A stretch of DNA of 64,000 nucleotides from Deltaproteobacteria bacterium (GTDB lineage Bacteria > Myxococcota > Kuafuiibacteriia > Kuafuiibacteriales > Kuafuiibacteriaceae): positions 320,001 to 384,000 of the forward strand of contig JAVJQW010000046.1 of assembly GCA_040218735.1 (NCBI GenBank), read 5' to 3'. This document shows positions 1 through 8,594 of the stretch, in pieces. Positions within the stretch are counted from its first letter, which is position 1; each line of letters starts with the position of its first letter. Under the pieces are notes generated by a model that worked only from the letters and a program-made list of their open reading frames with translations, was not told where the DNA came from and searched no databases. The position numbers were made by a program, and so were the translations under genes.

Positions 1-1
1 G

Positions 2-943
2 CGCATCACGTCCAACGATCCGCTCGCCCCGACGATCGACGTCACCATCCGTGGTCAGGGCGCGACCGCCGGTTGCGGCGGAATCCAAGGGCGCATCTGC
101 GACGTCAGCGGCAACGGCCCGGCGGCCGGCGCGCGGGTCTACACCGATGCGAGCGGGCAGCGCTTCGAAGCGACCACGGACATGCAGGGCGACTGGTCGA
201 TGACGTGTGTGCCGGAGGGGACGTGGAGGTTCACGGCCGAGAACGGTTCGTGGAGCACGTCGTTCACCGCCGACGTGATCGCCGGCGAGCAGACGCAGCT
301 CACGACCGAGCAGTGCCTGGAGCCGACCTCGGCGCAGGTCGCGGTGGTGTGGGGCGAGTGGGACGAGATGGAGCGCATCCTCGACCGCATGGGGGTGACG
401 TACACGATGTACCGCGACGTCGAGGACCTGGTGGATCAGCCGTCGGTGTTGAACGGCTACGACATCGTCTTCTTCAACTGCGGCTTCGACGAGTGGCGCG
501 CGCTGCAGCCCGGGCCGATGGCGAACCTGCGCGCGTTCGTGGAGCAGGGCGGCTCGATCTACGCGTCCGATCTCGGCTACGACATCGTCGAAGTCGGCTG
601 GCCGGCGTACGTCACCTTCGACGGGAACGACTCGATTCGCGACGATGCGGAGTGGGCGCCGCCGTACGACGGCTACGCCAACGTCGTGAACCCGTCGCTC
701 GCCGCGGCGCTCGGCGGCGCGACGCAGGTCTACATCGAGAGTCCGGGGGCCGCGATGATCAGCGTGTCGTCGCAGACGACGACGTACCTCGACGGCGACC
801 GCTTCATGGACGGCGGCAATCACCCGATGATGGTCGGCTTCCGTCCGACGCCGACCTCGGGGCGGGTCTTCTACACCGACTTCCACCAGGAGGGCGCGCA
901 GCAGGTGGAGCGTGTCTTCGAGTGGTTGATCGCGAACCTCTAG
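2..943 (+). CDS. Extracellular multidomain protein, 5'-truncated: end of an Ig-like/choice-of-anchor D-like domain, carboxypeptidase-regulatory-like domain, class I glutamine amidotransferase-like C-terminal domain
   Basis: Frame is open from base 2 (RITSNDPLAPTIDVTIRGQG...GIQGRICD...GARV...TTDMQGDW). C-terminal YDIVFFNCG / FVEQGGSIYASD / GRVFYTDFH pattern resembles GATase-like folds. Confidence 0.6.
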   Translation, partial: RITSNDPLAPTIDVTIRGQGATAGCGGIQGRICDVSGNGPAAGARVYTDASGQRFEATTDMQGDWSMTCVPEGTWRFTAENGSWSTSFTADVIAGEQTQLTTEQCLEPTSAQVAVVWGEWDEMERILDRMGVTYTMYRDVEDLVDQPSVLNGYDIVFFNCGFDEWRALQPGPMANLRAFVEQGGSIYASDLGYDIVEVGWPAYVTFDGNDSIRDDAEWAPPYDGYANVVNPSLAAALGGATQVYIESPGAAMISVSSQTTTYLDGDRFMDGGNHPMMVGFRPTPTSGRVFYTDFHQEGAQQVERVFEWLIANL

Positions 944-1749
944 CGCCTCGACCACACGCGGGCGCCGTGTTCATCGAGCTCGGCGCGTCGCTCCCGGAAC
1001 ACGTCGCCGTACCGGTGAAACGGGATGCGCGGCCAGAGGTGGTGAATCAGGTGGAGGTTGTGACCCATCATCGGGACGCCCAACCCCGCGACGTCGTACA
1101 GCCAGGCGTTCGTCCAGCGACGCCGGTCGCCGAACGGGTGGTGCGGTAGCCACGCGAACAAAAACGCGAGCACGCCGCCCGTGAGGATCGCGGGGAGCAC
1201 CCAGAGCGTGAGCACGGCCCAGCCCAAGCCGAGCCACGTCATCACTGCACTGAAGGTGACGAACGCCGCGACGCCCGCCCATGACTTACGTCGCTCGGCC
1301 GACTGATGTGCACCCGGGACCGCGCCGACGAAGAAGTTCCAGTAGTAGCGCGGGAGGAACGTCAGGCATCCGACCGGCGTCCACACGCCGCGAAACCGCG
1401 CGACCCAGTGGTCCGGGTCGCGGCGATCGTGGTTCACGTTGCCGTGGTGACGAAGGTGCGCGGCGCGGAACAGCGCGAGCGGTGCCAAGAGGATCGCCGC
1501 GGAGCTCCAACCGAACGCCACGTCCATCCACGCGCGCTCGCGCGAGCCCCCGATGTTGCCGTGGCAGGCCTCGTGGAGCGGCGTGAACGCGATGTACCCG
1601 GGCACCATCATCGCGATCGTCCCGGCCGGCGTCGGGAGGTGGCCGCCGAGGACGGCCCACCAGATCGTCGCGGTGAGCAAGTGCGCTGCGACGGACATCG
1701 TCACGGCGGGCCAGCCGGTGCGATGGGCTCCGAAGTCTGCGTCGACCAT
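940..1749 (-). CDS. Membrane fatty acid desaturase/hydroxylase family protein, CrtR-like (269 aa)
   Basis: His boxes HEACH, HLRHH and HLIHH, plus NVNHDRRDPDH and HLIHHLWPRIPF. ATG at 1749 overlaps the upstream TAA (TAATG). Confidence 0.85.
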   Translation of the reverse strand: MVDADFGAHRTGWPAVTMSVAAHLLTATIWWAVLGGHLPTPAGTIAMMVPGYIAFTPLHEACHGNIGGSRERAWMDVAFGWSSAAILLAPLALFRAAHLRHHGNVNHDRRDPDHWVARFRGVWTPVGCLTFLPRYYWNFFVGAVPGAHQSAERRKSWAGVAAFVTFSAVMTWLGLGWAVLTLWVLPAILTGGVLAFLFAWLPHHPFGDRRRWTNAWLYDVAGLGVPMMGHNLHLIHHLWPRIPFHRYGDVFRERRAELDEHGARVWSRR

Positions 1750-2807
1750 TACGCACGTCTCCGCGTCGGGACGGAGAGCTCCCCCGCGAGTCGATCGAGG
1801 TCCAGGCGCGAGCGGCCGCGCTGGTCCACGAGGGAGCGGTCGTCGCCGTAGAGGACGGGGGCTTCGAACACGGCGCGCATCGCGGTGCGCCAGGGCAGCG
1901 CCGCGACGGCGTTGGGATCGATCTGTTGTACCTTCTCGCGAAGCAGCGGCGCCCACTTGCAGCTCATGCTCGGGAAGAGGTGGTGCTCTTGGTGGTAGCT
2001 GAACTGGTAGTGCATCGCGTCGACCCAGCGCGGCACTTCGACGCTCAACGTCGTGGCCACCGGATCGTCCGCGTCGACGCGCGGCCGAATCCAGTGTTGC
2101 GTCGAGATGTAGCTCATCAGGATCGTGTTGCCGACCATGAGCGGGAGCACCAACACCCAGAGCGCGTCGAGCGGTCCGAGCACGAACGCCAGCGTGGCCC
2201 ACGCTGCGATCCACAGCGCCGAGGTGAGCATGAGCCAGGGGCGGGACATCTTGACGTTGCCGGCGAGCGGCGCGCGACCGGTCGCGACCCACAGGAAGTA
2301 CTGACCTTCGAGGGTGAACAGGAACGCCGGCGCGACCCACGAAGCCAACGTCCCCGACCCGGGGAAGAGGTTCGTGCGGAACCGATGCGCGAACATCGAC
2401 TCGAAGTGGTCGTGCCCCGACAACATGTCCGGGTCGTACTTCAGCTGGTTCGTTCCGCGGTGGTGCGCGCGCACGTGCCACGCCGTCCACAACCCGGGTG
2501 TGACGAGGAACGGACCGAACCCCACCCAGACGAGCAGTTGCCGCATCAGGGCGCTGCGGAAGATCGCACCGTGCGAGGCCTCGTGCGCGCACAGACCGGT
2601 GGACACGATCGACAGCCCGATCACGATCGACAGCGCTGCGTCGATGGGCCACCAAAGATCCGTCGCAACGACGGCGACCGCGATCGACACGGCGAAGCCG
2701 AAGGTCGCGAACGCCGCGAGGCCTCGAACCGGCACGGGCTCGAACGCCTCGGGGGGCATGAGCTCGCGGAGCCGTTGTCGGAGGTCGCGCGAGCTGATCA
2801 GCGTCAC
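1749..2807 (-). CDS. Membrane fatty acid (acyl-lipid/acyl-CoA) desaturase (352 aa)
   Basis: His boxes HEASH, HVRAHH and HQEHH(LFP), with several TM segments. GTG at 2807 overlaps the PKS TGA (GTGA) and has a GGAGG RBS. Confidence 0.88.
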   Translation of the reverse strand: MTLISSRDLRQRLRELMPPEAFEPVPVRGLAAFATFGFAVSIAVAVVATDLWWPIDAALSIVIGLSIVSTGLCAHEASHGAIFRSALMRQLLVWVGFGPFLVTPGLWTAWHVRAHHRGTNQLKYDPDMLSGHDHFESMFAHRFRTNLFPGSGTLASWVAPAFLFTLEGQYFLWVATGRAPLAGNVKMSRPWLMLTSALWIAAWATLAFVLGPLDALWVLVLPLMVGNTILMSYISTQHWIRPRVDADDPVATTLSVEVPRWVDAMHYQFSYHQEHHLFPSMSCKWAPLLREKVQQIDPNAVAALPWRTAMRAVFEAPVLYGDDRSLVDQRGRSRLDLDRLAGELSVPTRRRA

Positions 2808-5800
2808 GACATCCTCCGCGCGACCGAATCGTCGATGCGCAGGCGCACCACGCCTTCGCCGTCCCGTACCTCGACCCGCGGGCAGCGAAGCAAGGGCCCA
2901 TCGACGGTCGGCGTCGCGGCGTGGATCGACCACCCGGAGCTGTCGTCGGTACGTCCGATCGGCAGCGTGAGGCGGCCCGCGCCGAGCGGGGCGAAGAGCG
3001 CCGTCGTGCCGTCCGCGTACATCCCGGAGAGGCGCCACGCGGCGTCGAGCACGAGCGAGGGGACGACGCCCTGGTCGACGCCCAACACCTCCGGGCCCAG
3101 CGTCGCGCTCCGCCCCGTCGTTCCGATCTCGATGTTGCGCAGGCAGTCGAACGGTCCGGACAGCTCGAGCGCGCTCGCGTCCGCGCAGTACGGATCGAGC
3201 ACCGATCGCCCCGCGTCGACCCGCACCTCGGGTGCGTAGCGCGTGGGCGGGTGACGGGCGATGGCGGCCTCGGCGAAGAGCACGTTGCGTGCGAGCACCA
3301 CGCCCGAGGCGTGGAGGACGTCCCCGACCAGCCGCACGCGTAGGTCGTCGCCGTCCTGCTCGACCACCGCGGTCAGTCGGGGCCCGCGCCCGTCGACGAC
3401 GCGTACGAAGCGGTGGAACTCGAGCGCACGCACCGTGGCTTCGCCGCCGCCGACCACGACTCCGGCGGCGTTCACCATGCGTTCGACGGACCACGCGCCG
3501 GGCACGGTCGGCGTCCCGCGGACGAGGTGATGGGTGAGGCAGGGGAGGTCGTCGACGTCGACCGGGACACGAGCGATCACGGTGCGGACGCCGTAGCGAA
3601 CGCGCTCGGCGTCGGTGAGCGGGAGGTGAATCGCCGCGTTCGTTCGGCCGCGGATCACGTCGAGGAAGAGGCGTTTTCCGTTGGCTTCGTCGACGCCGGA
3701 GAGGCCGCGGAGCTCTTGCAGCGCGCGGTACTCGGTGCCGCGGGTCATGCCGACGCCGTCCCACGCGAGCCAGCCGATGCTCGTCCAGCCGAGGCCCTCG
3801 CGGGAGGCCAGCGCGCAGAGGTGGTCCAGCGTCTCGTTGGCCGCGCCGTAGTCGTGCTGCCCGTCGTTGCCGAACACGCTGTACGCGGACGTCAACGCGT
3901 GGACGGCGACGCGTTGGTCGCGCAGCAGACACGCGCGCACGACGTTGGACAGGCCTTGGACCTTCACGTCGAAGGTCGTTCGGAGCTCCTGCAGCGTTCG
4001 ATCTTCGAGGCGCTTCGACCACTGCACGCCCGCCCCGTGGATCACGGCGTCGATGCGGCCGTGTTCTTCGAGGACGTCGTCGATCGCGGCGTCGACCGCG
4101 TCAGGGTCGGTGACGTCGACCGCGCGATACACGATGCGGCCCACGCGACGGAGACGCTCGACGGTGCGGTGTGCCTCCCATCGCGCACGCTGCGACGCGA
4201 AGCGCGACCGCAGCTGTGCCGGCGACATCCCGGGGTCGGCCTCGATGCACGCGGCATAGAAGCGTGCTTCGGCGTCATCGAGATCGTCGGGGCCGGCTTC
4301 GAGCTCGCTGCGTCCGAGCGCGACGACCGTGCACCCGACGTCTTCGAGCAGCGCCTCCACCAGGACCGCCGTGATCCCGCGGGCGCCGCCGGTGGCGATC
4401 ACGACGGACTGCGCGTCGAGGCGTTGCGCGGGCTCGCGCTCCGCGGGGCCACAGCGTTCGAGGCGGCGGACGAGGCGACCGTCGCCGCAGGACACACGTT
4501 CGACTTCGTCGCAGTCCGTCCCCCATTCGCGGGCGAGGGCTCGCATGCTCGGCTCGAGATCTCGATCCGTCAGCAGCACCCCCACCTGGGCTTCGTCGCG
4601 CTCTCTCGCGATCGCCTTCAACAAACCGCTCAGGGCGCCGGAGGCGGGGAGCGCATCGCCGGCTTCGAAGCCCCCGACGACGAGCCCCCAGAGCGCCACC
4701 GAATCCAACGCGTCGACGAAGTGCCGAGCGACGACGAACATCAGCTCGTGCACGGACCGGTCGTCGAGGGTGGCGTCCAGCGCGGCGTCGATCCCGGTCA
4801 CGCCGGGCTGAATGGCGACCACTGCGTCCGGGGCGAACGCGGTCAGTCGTGCGAGCGCGGCATCGTCGTCGTCGAGGTCGAAGGTGACGACCCGATCGCC
4901 GCGTGTGTCGCCGCGACCCGCGATGGCGATGAGGAAGTCGTCGCAGCAGACGTCGAGGTGCGTGCGCAGCGTGTCCGTCATCGTCGCGGGGCAGATGGCC
5001 ACGAGACGACGCACCCGACGCGGCTCACCGGCGGGACGCGCACCCACCCAGACCGGACGATGCAGCGGGAACACATCGGGCGGCGCTTGACCGACGGCGG
5101 CGTACAGCGCGCGAGGATCCGAACGATCCGCCGGGAGCTCTGAGAGCACCTCGAGGCCGAGCTCGGCCGCACGCGCGGGCGTCGTCACCGCAAAACACAC
5201 CGCGTGCTCCGGGCCAGGGCGGTGTCGATTCGCGTGGATCGAGGTGACGAGCGCGAGGCGCACGCCGTGTTCGGCGTCGCGATCTACGAGCCGCTCCGCC
5301 GCGGCGAACGCGTCCGCGAGGGAGCGCTCGCCCGCGTCCACCACGAAGTTCGGTCCCTTGAGGTTCAGGCGCGACGCCGCCCGTCCGGCGGAGACGTTGG
5401 GCATCATGCACTGGAGCGTGTAGGGGCCCGACGTTCGAGTCCGCGCCGCGGCGTCGGCGAGGCGCTCGGCGTCGGCTGGGTCGAGGTCGCGGCCGATGCG
5501 CGGTGCGAGGACACGCAGGGTCGCGTCGAGACCTCGCTCGGTCTTGCCGGACATCGCCAAGACGACGCTCGTGTCGCGGCGCACGTCGTCGGGGAGCGGC
5601 GCGAGGTCCTCCAACGTTCGGTGGACGATCGCGATCGCGAGGGTCTGCGTCGGGTCCATGTCCTCCGCGAGATCCGGCAAGAGCAGGACCCCCTTGGGGA
5701 GCTCGAGCGTGTCGCGGTCGAAGCGCCCCTCGGGAGGGAACACGCCGTGCGCCGCGACGACGACGAGGGGGGCGCTCTGCGGGTGGCGGGCCTCGACAGG

Positions 5801-8587
5801 GGGGCGTTCGCTCGACGGGAGGTACCGTTCGACGACCAGGTGCGCGTTCGCGCCGCCGAACCCGAAGCCGTCGACGGCGATCCGGCAAGGCCCCTCCGGC
5901 AGCGCGCGAGGTTCACTGGATACACTGAGTGTATCGGAGACGGATCGCAGCGCGGAGCAGGGTTCGTCGTAGTTCGATTGCCCCGGGAGCTCGCCGTTCG
6001 CCAGGGCTTCGCAGGCCGCGATCACCGACGCGGTCCCGGCGGCCCACCCCGCGTGGCCGAGCAGCCCCTTCAGGCTGTGGACGGGGATCGGTGAAGCCGT
6101 GCCTCGGTAGAAGCCGCTGAGGGTCGCGAGCTCGGTGGCGTCGCCGACGGGGGTCGACGTCCCGTGCGCTTCCACGCCGACGATCGTGTCGGGGTCGACG
6201 TCGTAACCCGCGTAGCAGCGCTCGAGCGCGAGCGCTTGGCCGGCCGACTGCGGAACGTTCGCAGAGGGGCTGAGGCCGTCGCTCGACAACCCGGCGCCGC
6301 AGACGACCGCGGCGATTCGATCGCCGTCGCGCTCGGCGTCGGCGAGCCGTCGCAGCAGGACGAAGCTGGCGCCTTCGGAGAAGGCCACGCCGTCGGCGTT
6401 TGCGTCGAACGGACGCAGCGCGTGAGCCGTGAGCCCGCCGAACTGGGAGAACAGACAGTTGTTGCCGGGCCCCGGACAGAAGACCCCGCCCGCGATCACG
6501 GCGTCCGCTTCGCCGCGCTCCAGCGCGCGCATCCCGAGGGCGACGGTGTACAGCGAGGAGGCACAAGCAGCGTCGAGCAACGTGGTCTCGGCGCGCCCGT
6601 CCAGGAGGAGATCGACCACCGAACGTGTGGCGTCGTAGGGCGTTGGCGCGGGCTCGGTCGCGAGGCCGGCGGTGCTCAGCGACGTCGCACGGTCTTGATC
6701 CTCGAACCCGTCCGCGGTCGCGCCGACGAAGCAGAGGATGCGGTCGTCGGCGCGCGCCGCGGTCGTGCAGGGCGTGAGCGCGATGACGAGGAGCTTCTGC
6801 GTTCGCGTGAGGGCATCGAAGGCCGCGGCGTCGAACCCGGGCGGGCAGCGCATCGAATCGACGACGCCGGCCATCGCGGACGTGGAGCGGTCCGGCGTGT
6901 TCGTGGCGGCGTAGAAGTCGCGCTCCCAGCTCGCGTCGATCCCTCGCAGGTCGACGACGCCGGAGCGGCGCTCCTTCAGCGCAGACCAGAGCGCGGCGGG
7001 GCTGTCGGCGCCCGCGGGCAGGCTGCACCCGGCGGCGACGATCACGACCCTGGGCGCGCGAGGCTCGACGTTGCTGGGGGACTCGGGCGTCGCCGTGACT
7101 TCGACGGCTGGGCCCTCGTCGGCGGAGGCGCTCGACACCCGCACGTGATCGGGGGCCGCCGTGGCGATCAGGCGAGCCAGCTTCCCGGTGGTGCTGCAGT
7201 CGACGAAGTGCTCGGCCCCCGCGTCGACGAGATCGCCGATCGCGCCAAAGAGATCGAACGGCCGCAGCAGCTGACTGACCAAGATGGCGCGGACGTCATC
7301 GGTCGGGAGCACGCGCCGCCGACCGATCGGGGAGTAGAGGAGCCGCTCGGGGCCGCGCACGTCGAGCGCGCGGAGCGCTTCGTGCCACGCCACGGCGGCG
7401 GCGCCGAGCGCCGGGTGATGAAAGCTCGTCGGCGACGGGACGACGGTGCTCTGGATGTCACTCGCGCGCAGGATGGCTTGCAGGGATTCGAGCTCGGCGG
7501 TCGGTCCGGAGACGATGGTCTGGGTCCGGTGGTTCCGTCCGGCGATCACCACCGCCTCGCTGCCCAGCTTGGTGATCGCCAGCTCGGTCTCCACCCGGTT
7601 CGCCGCCACCGCCAGCAGTCCGCCTTCGGGCGCATGCCGGGCGAGCGCGGCGACCCGGGCGCAGACGATCTCGACGCCCGTGGCCCAGTCGAAGCAGCCT
7701 GCCACGCACATCGCAGCGATCTCTCCGAAGCTGTGTCCGGCGAGCGCGGCGGGGCGTCCGCTTCGGAGGTGTGCGCCGAGGACACCCTGCAGAAAGATGC
7801 CGACCTGCACGAGATCCCGGCGCTGCCCGACGGCGCGGACGCATCGCTCGAGGTCGCCGCTCAACAGACCGGCGCCGTCTCCGTCCAAGCGCGCCGTGGT
7901 GATCGTCGCGCAGCGGTCGAGCACGGACCGGACGTCCTGCGCGCGGCGGATGCGCTCGCTGAAGGCGACGGGGTCGAACGAGCCTTGGCCGGCGAAGAGC
8001 CAAGCTTCGATCTCGGCGCGCGCGGGTGCGCTTCGGATCAGTCCGGGCGTGGGGTGTCGCGGTCGCAGGTAGTCGATGGCGGCCTGTCGCGCCGCGGCGG
8101 GGAAGAGTCGGTCCTCGACGTCATCACCCGCGAGGACGAGCGCGCGAAAGTCCGTGTCGGTCGGCTCGTCGAGCTCGGTGAGGCGCGCCATGCAGTCGGC
8201 GAGCGGTCCGGGCATCGGCGTCGGGCGCCCGGTCTGCGCCGACACCGAAGTGATCGTTTGGAAGCCGGCGCACACCGGGACGCCTTCGCTGTTCATCACG
8301 CGAAAGCAGAAGCGGAGCTGGACGTCGCCGCGGTCTTCGAGGCTCACGAGGATGACGAGGCGGTCCGCGAGGTGGGCGGGCGCGAGGTTTCGGGCGTAGG
8401 CGTCGGAGGTGAGGAGGCGAATCGATTCGAGCGCTTCGGGCACGCCGTCGATGTCGAAGACGTGCTCGCCGAACAGCAGCGCCTCGCGCGCGGCACACTG
8501 GAGCTTGAAGGCCGTCAGGAAGTGGTGGCTCCCGTACGCCATCGTGTCGTCGAAGTGGATCGTGTAGGGCGTGGCGAACCAGGACAC
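2804..8587 (-). CDS. Iterative type I PKS / PUFA-synthase-like megasynthase: hot-dog TE - AT - KS - CLF-like pseudo-KS - KR - DH (1927 aa)
   Basis: TE: HFDDTMAYG...QCAARE. AT: FAGQGS, GHSFG, SFHH. KS: DAACASS, EAHGTST, GHAG. Pseudo-KS: MMPNVSAGR..LNLKGPNFVVDAGERS. KR: TGGARGI, S...YGAAN. DH: HLVRGTPTVPG, LDAAW. GTG start lies 7 nt after the upstream stop. Confidence 0.9.
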   Translation of the reverse strand: MSWFATPYTIHFDDTMAYGSHHFLTAFKLQCAAREALLFGEHVFDIDGVPEALESIRLLTSDAYARNLAPAHLADRLVILVSLEDRGDVQLRFCFRVMNSEGVPVCAGFQTITSVSAQTGRPTPMPGPLADCMARLTELDEPTDTDFRALVLAGDDVEDRLFPAAARQAAIDYLRPRHPTPGLIRSAPARAEIEAWLFAGQGSFDPVAFSERIRRAQDVRSVLDRCATITTARLDGDGAGLLSGDLERCVRAVGQRRDLVQVGIFLQGVLGAHLRSGRPAALAGHSFGEIAAMCVAGCFDWATGVEIVCARVAALARHAPEGGLLAVAANRVETELAITKLGSEAVVIAGRNHRTQTIVSGPTAELESLQAILRASDIQSTVVPSPTSFHHPALGAAAVAWHEALRALDVRGPERLLYSPIGRRRVLPTDDVRAILVSQLLRPFDLFGAIGDLVDAGAEHFVDCSTTGKLARLIATAAPDHVRVSSASADEGPAVEVTATPESPSNVEPRAPRVVIVAAGCSLPAGADSPAALWSALKERRSGVVDLRGIDASWERDFYAATNTPDRSTSAMAGVVDSMRCPPGFDAAAFDALTRTQKLLVIALTPCTTAARADDRILCFVGATADGFEDQDRATSLSTAGLATEPAPTPYDATRSVVDLLLDGRAETTLLDAACASSLYTVALGMRALERGEADAVIAGGVFCPGPGNNCLFSQFGGLTAHALRPFDANADGVAFSEGASFVLLRRLADAERDGDRIAAVVCGAGLSSDGLSPSANVPQSAGQALALERCYAGYDVDPDTIVGVEAHGTSTPVGDATELATLSGFYRGTASPIPVHSLKGLLGHAGWAAGTASVIAACEALANGELPGQSNYDEPCSALRSVSDTLSVSSEPRALPEGPCRIAVDGFGFGGANAHLVVERYLPSSERPPVEARHPQSAPLVVVAAHGVFPPEGRFDRDTLELPKGVLLLPDLAEDMDPTQTLAIAIVHRTLEDLAPLPDDVRRDTSVVLAMSGKTERGLDATLRVLAPRIGRDLDPADAERLADAAARTRTSGPYTLQCMMPNVSAGRAASRLNLKGPNFVVDAGERSLADAFAAAERLVDRDAEHGVRLALVTSIHANRHRPGPEHAVCFAVTTPARAAELGLEVLSELPADRSDPRALYAAVGQAPPDVFPLHRPVWVGARPAGEPRRVRRLVAICPATMTDTLRTHLDVCCDDFLIAIAGRGDTRGDRVVTFDLDDDDAALARLTAFAPDAVVAIQPGVTGIDAALDATLDDRSVHELMFVVARHFVDALDSVALWGLVVGGFEAGDALPASGALSGLLKAIARERDEAQVGVLLTDRDLEPSMRALAREWGTDCDEVERVSCGDGRLVRRLERCGPAEREPAQRLDAQSVVIATGGARGITAVLVEALLEDVGCTVVALGRSELEAGPDDLDDAEARFYAACIEADPGMSPAQLRSRFASQRARWEAHRTVERLRRVGRIVYRAVDVTDPDAVDAAIDDVLEEHGRIDAVIHGAGVQWSKRLEDRTLQELRTTFDVKVQGLSNVVRACLLRDQRVAVHALTSAYSVFGNDGQHDYGAANETLDHLCALASREGLGWTSIGWLAWDGVGMTRGTEYRALQELRGLSGVDEANGKRLFLDVIRGRTNAAIHLPLTDAERVRYGVRTVIARVPVDVDDLPCLTHHLVRGTPTVPGAWSVERMVNAAGVVVGGGEATVRALEFHRFVRVVDGRGPRLTAVVEQDGDDLRVRLVGDVLHASGVVLARNVLFAEAAIARHPPTRYAPEVRVDAGRSVLDPYCADASALELSGPFDCLRNIEIGTTGRSATLGPEVLGVDQGVVPSLVLDAAWRLSGMYADGTTALFAPLGAGRLTLPIGRTDDSSGWSIHAATPTVDGPLLRCPRVEVRDGEGVVRLRIDDSVARRMS

Positions 8588-8594
8588 GGCGAAC

